Both the position numbers and the translations under genes were made by a program. The notes under the pieces are model-generated. The model saw nothing but the letters and a program-made list of their open reading frames with translations. It searched no databases and was not told the origin of the DNA. DNA of 64,000 bases from an uncultured bacterium (GTDB taxonomy: Bacteria > Pseudomonadota > Alphaproteobacteria > CAJXXZ01 > 1604HC), in assembly GCA_913063285.1 (NCBI GenBank), contig CAJXXZ010000003.1:2317-66316 (forward strand), written 5' to 3'. Below are positions 63,637-64,000 of the stretch, piece by piece. Within the stretch, counting starts at the first letter, position 1; each line of letters opens with the position of its first letter.

Positions 63637-64000
63637 TTAAGTTGTTTCAGGGAAAGAGAGACGATTCCAATGTTTTAAAAATTCTTCACTTTTATCAGGA
63701 TATGCTAATTTAAAGAGAGAATTAGCAAAAAGTGTGTCTAAAGCTTGTATATCAGGAATCTTGTCTATCGCAATTTGACCTTGTGCTTCATTGTGTGCTT
63801 TCTTATCTTTAAGATCTTCAATTAGTTTTGATAAATTGGTTAATACTCTATGTATACGATTTTGTTCACATATAATCAATTCATTTTGCTCTATTTCTTT
63901 TTGCATAGATTTAATTTTACTTTTGTTAGCTGCTCCTTCTTGAGTGAGACCAAAATATTTATATAATAAAGGCTTAACTGTGTCTTTATGAAGTCTCTGC
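63637..64000 (-). CDS. paralog of the 60961-62241 gene (3' part; the ORF stays open to the right window edge)
   Basis: The frame remains open upstream of the listed Met (QRLHKDTVKPLLYKYFGLTQEGAANKSKIKSMQKEIEQ...). The C-terminus GQIAIDKIPDIQALDTLFANSLFKLAYPDKSEEFLKHWNRLSFPETT aligns with the other copy. The 3' flanks are also homologous. Confidence 0.65.
   Translation of the reverse strand, partial: QRLHKDTVKPLLYKYFGLTQEGAANKSKIKSMQKEIEQNELIICEQNRIHRVLTNLSKLIEDLKDKKAHNEAQGQIAIDKIPDIQALDTLFANSLFKLAYPDKSEEFLKHWNRLSFPETT

Noticed and set aside
1-64000. CRISPR arrays, IS elements, transposases, integrases, prophage genes, toxin-antitoxin pairs and restriction-modification genes
   Set aside because: I looked for regularly spaced identical repeats with unique spacers, terminal inverted repeats, DDE or tyrosine-recombinase motifs and small adjacent ORF pairs, and found none. 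All repeats found are tandem or segmental duplications of local genes or in-frame protein repeats.
1-64000. Possible stop-codon reassignment (TGA or TAG as sense), given the in-frame TGA at about 15155 and the TAG at 32995
   Set aside because: All conserved housekeeping genes are intact ORFs under the standard code, and Trp is encoded by TGG where checked (for example in pheT and map). The isolated in-frame stops are better explained as pseudogenisation or sequencing errors.

Overview
The window is very AT-rich with low coding density. It looks like a reduced, probably obligate-intracellular alphaproteobacterium: it has alpha-type AddA/AddB, an HdaA-like protein and a FYDLN zinc-ribbon protein. 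The long decayed spacers and gene-fragment duplications resemble Ehrlichia/Anaplasmataceae-type genomes, but the species cannot be proven from this sequence.

Housekeeping backbone: hda-like gene, AI-2E transporter, tRNA-Val, smpB, mltG, rplY, era, hemW, pheT, mraZ, rsmH, tRNA-Phe, rpmG (missed by the ORF track), an MFS transporter, map, addB, addA, rpsD, a PLD/Nuc-family HKD protein, tRNA-Leu, tRNA-Arg and a 5S rRNA gene with no 23S gene beside it.

Main finding: a roughly 22-kb accessory island (15.9-38.3 kb) lies between mraZ and rsmH, which are normally adjacent. It encodes seven paralogous proteins with Sec-type signal peptides. They share a 170-190 aa N-terminal domain I do not recognise. 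Their C-terminal parts are hypervariable, made of helical modules plus low-complexity or tandem-repeat tails. The island also holds a 902-aa M-protein-like coiled-coil protein, an orphan C-terminal module, a member split by an in-frame stop, and decayed 3' ends. The family genes share a conserved upstream module (AATTGAyTTTTAA, N16-17, a -10-like hexamer, then ATG 6-10 nt later, with no Shine-Dalgarno). This suggests leaderless or near-leaderless transcripts.

Elsewhere, local tandem duplication followed by decay is common: multiple map 5' fragments, a duplicated PLD 5' end, and a duplicated secreted-protein gene flanking the 5S gene. One secreted-protein gene sits exactly inside a decayed map copy. 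I found no transposase, integrase, phage gene, CRISPR array or recognisable defence system.
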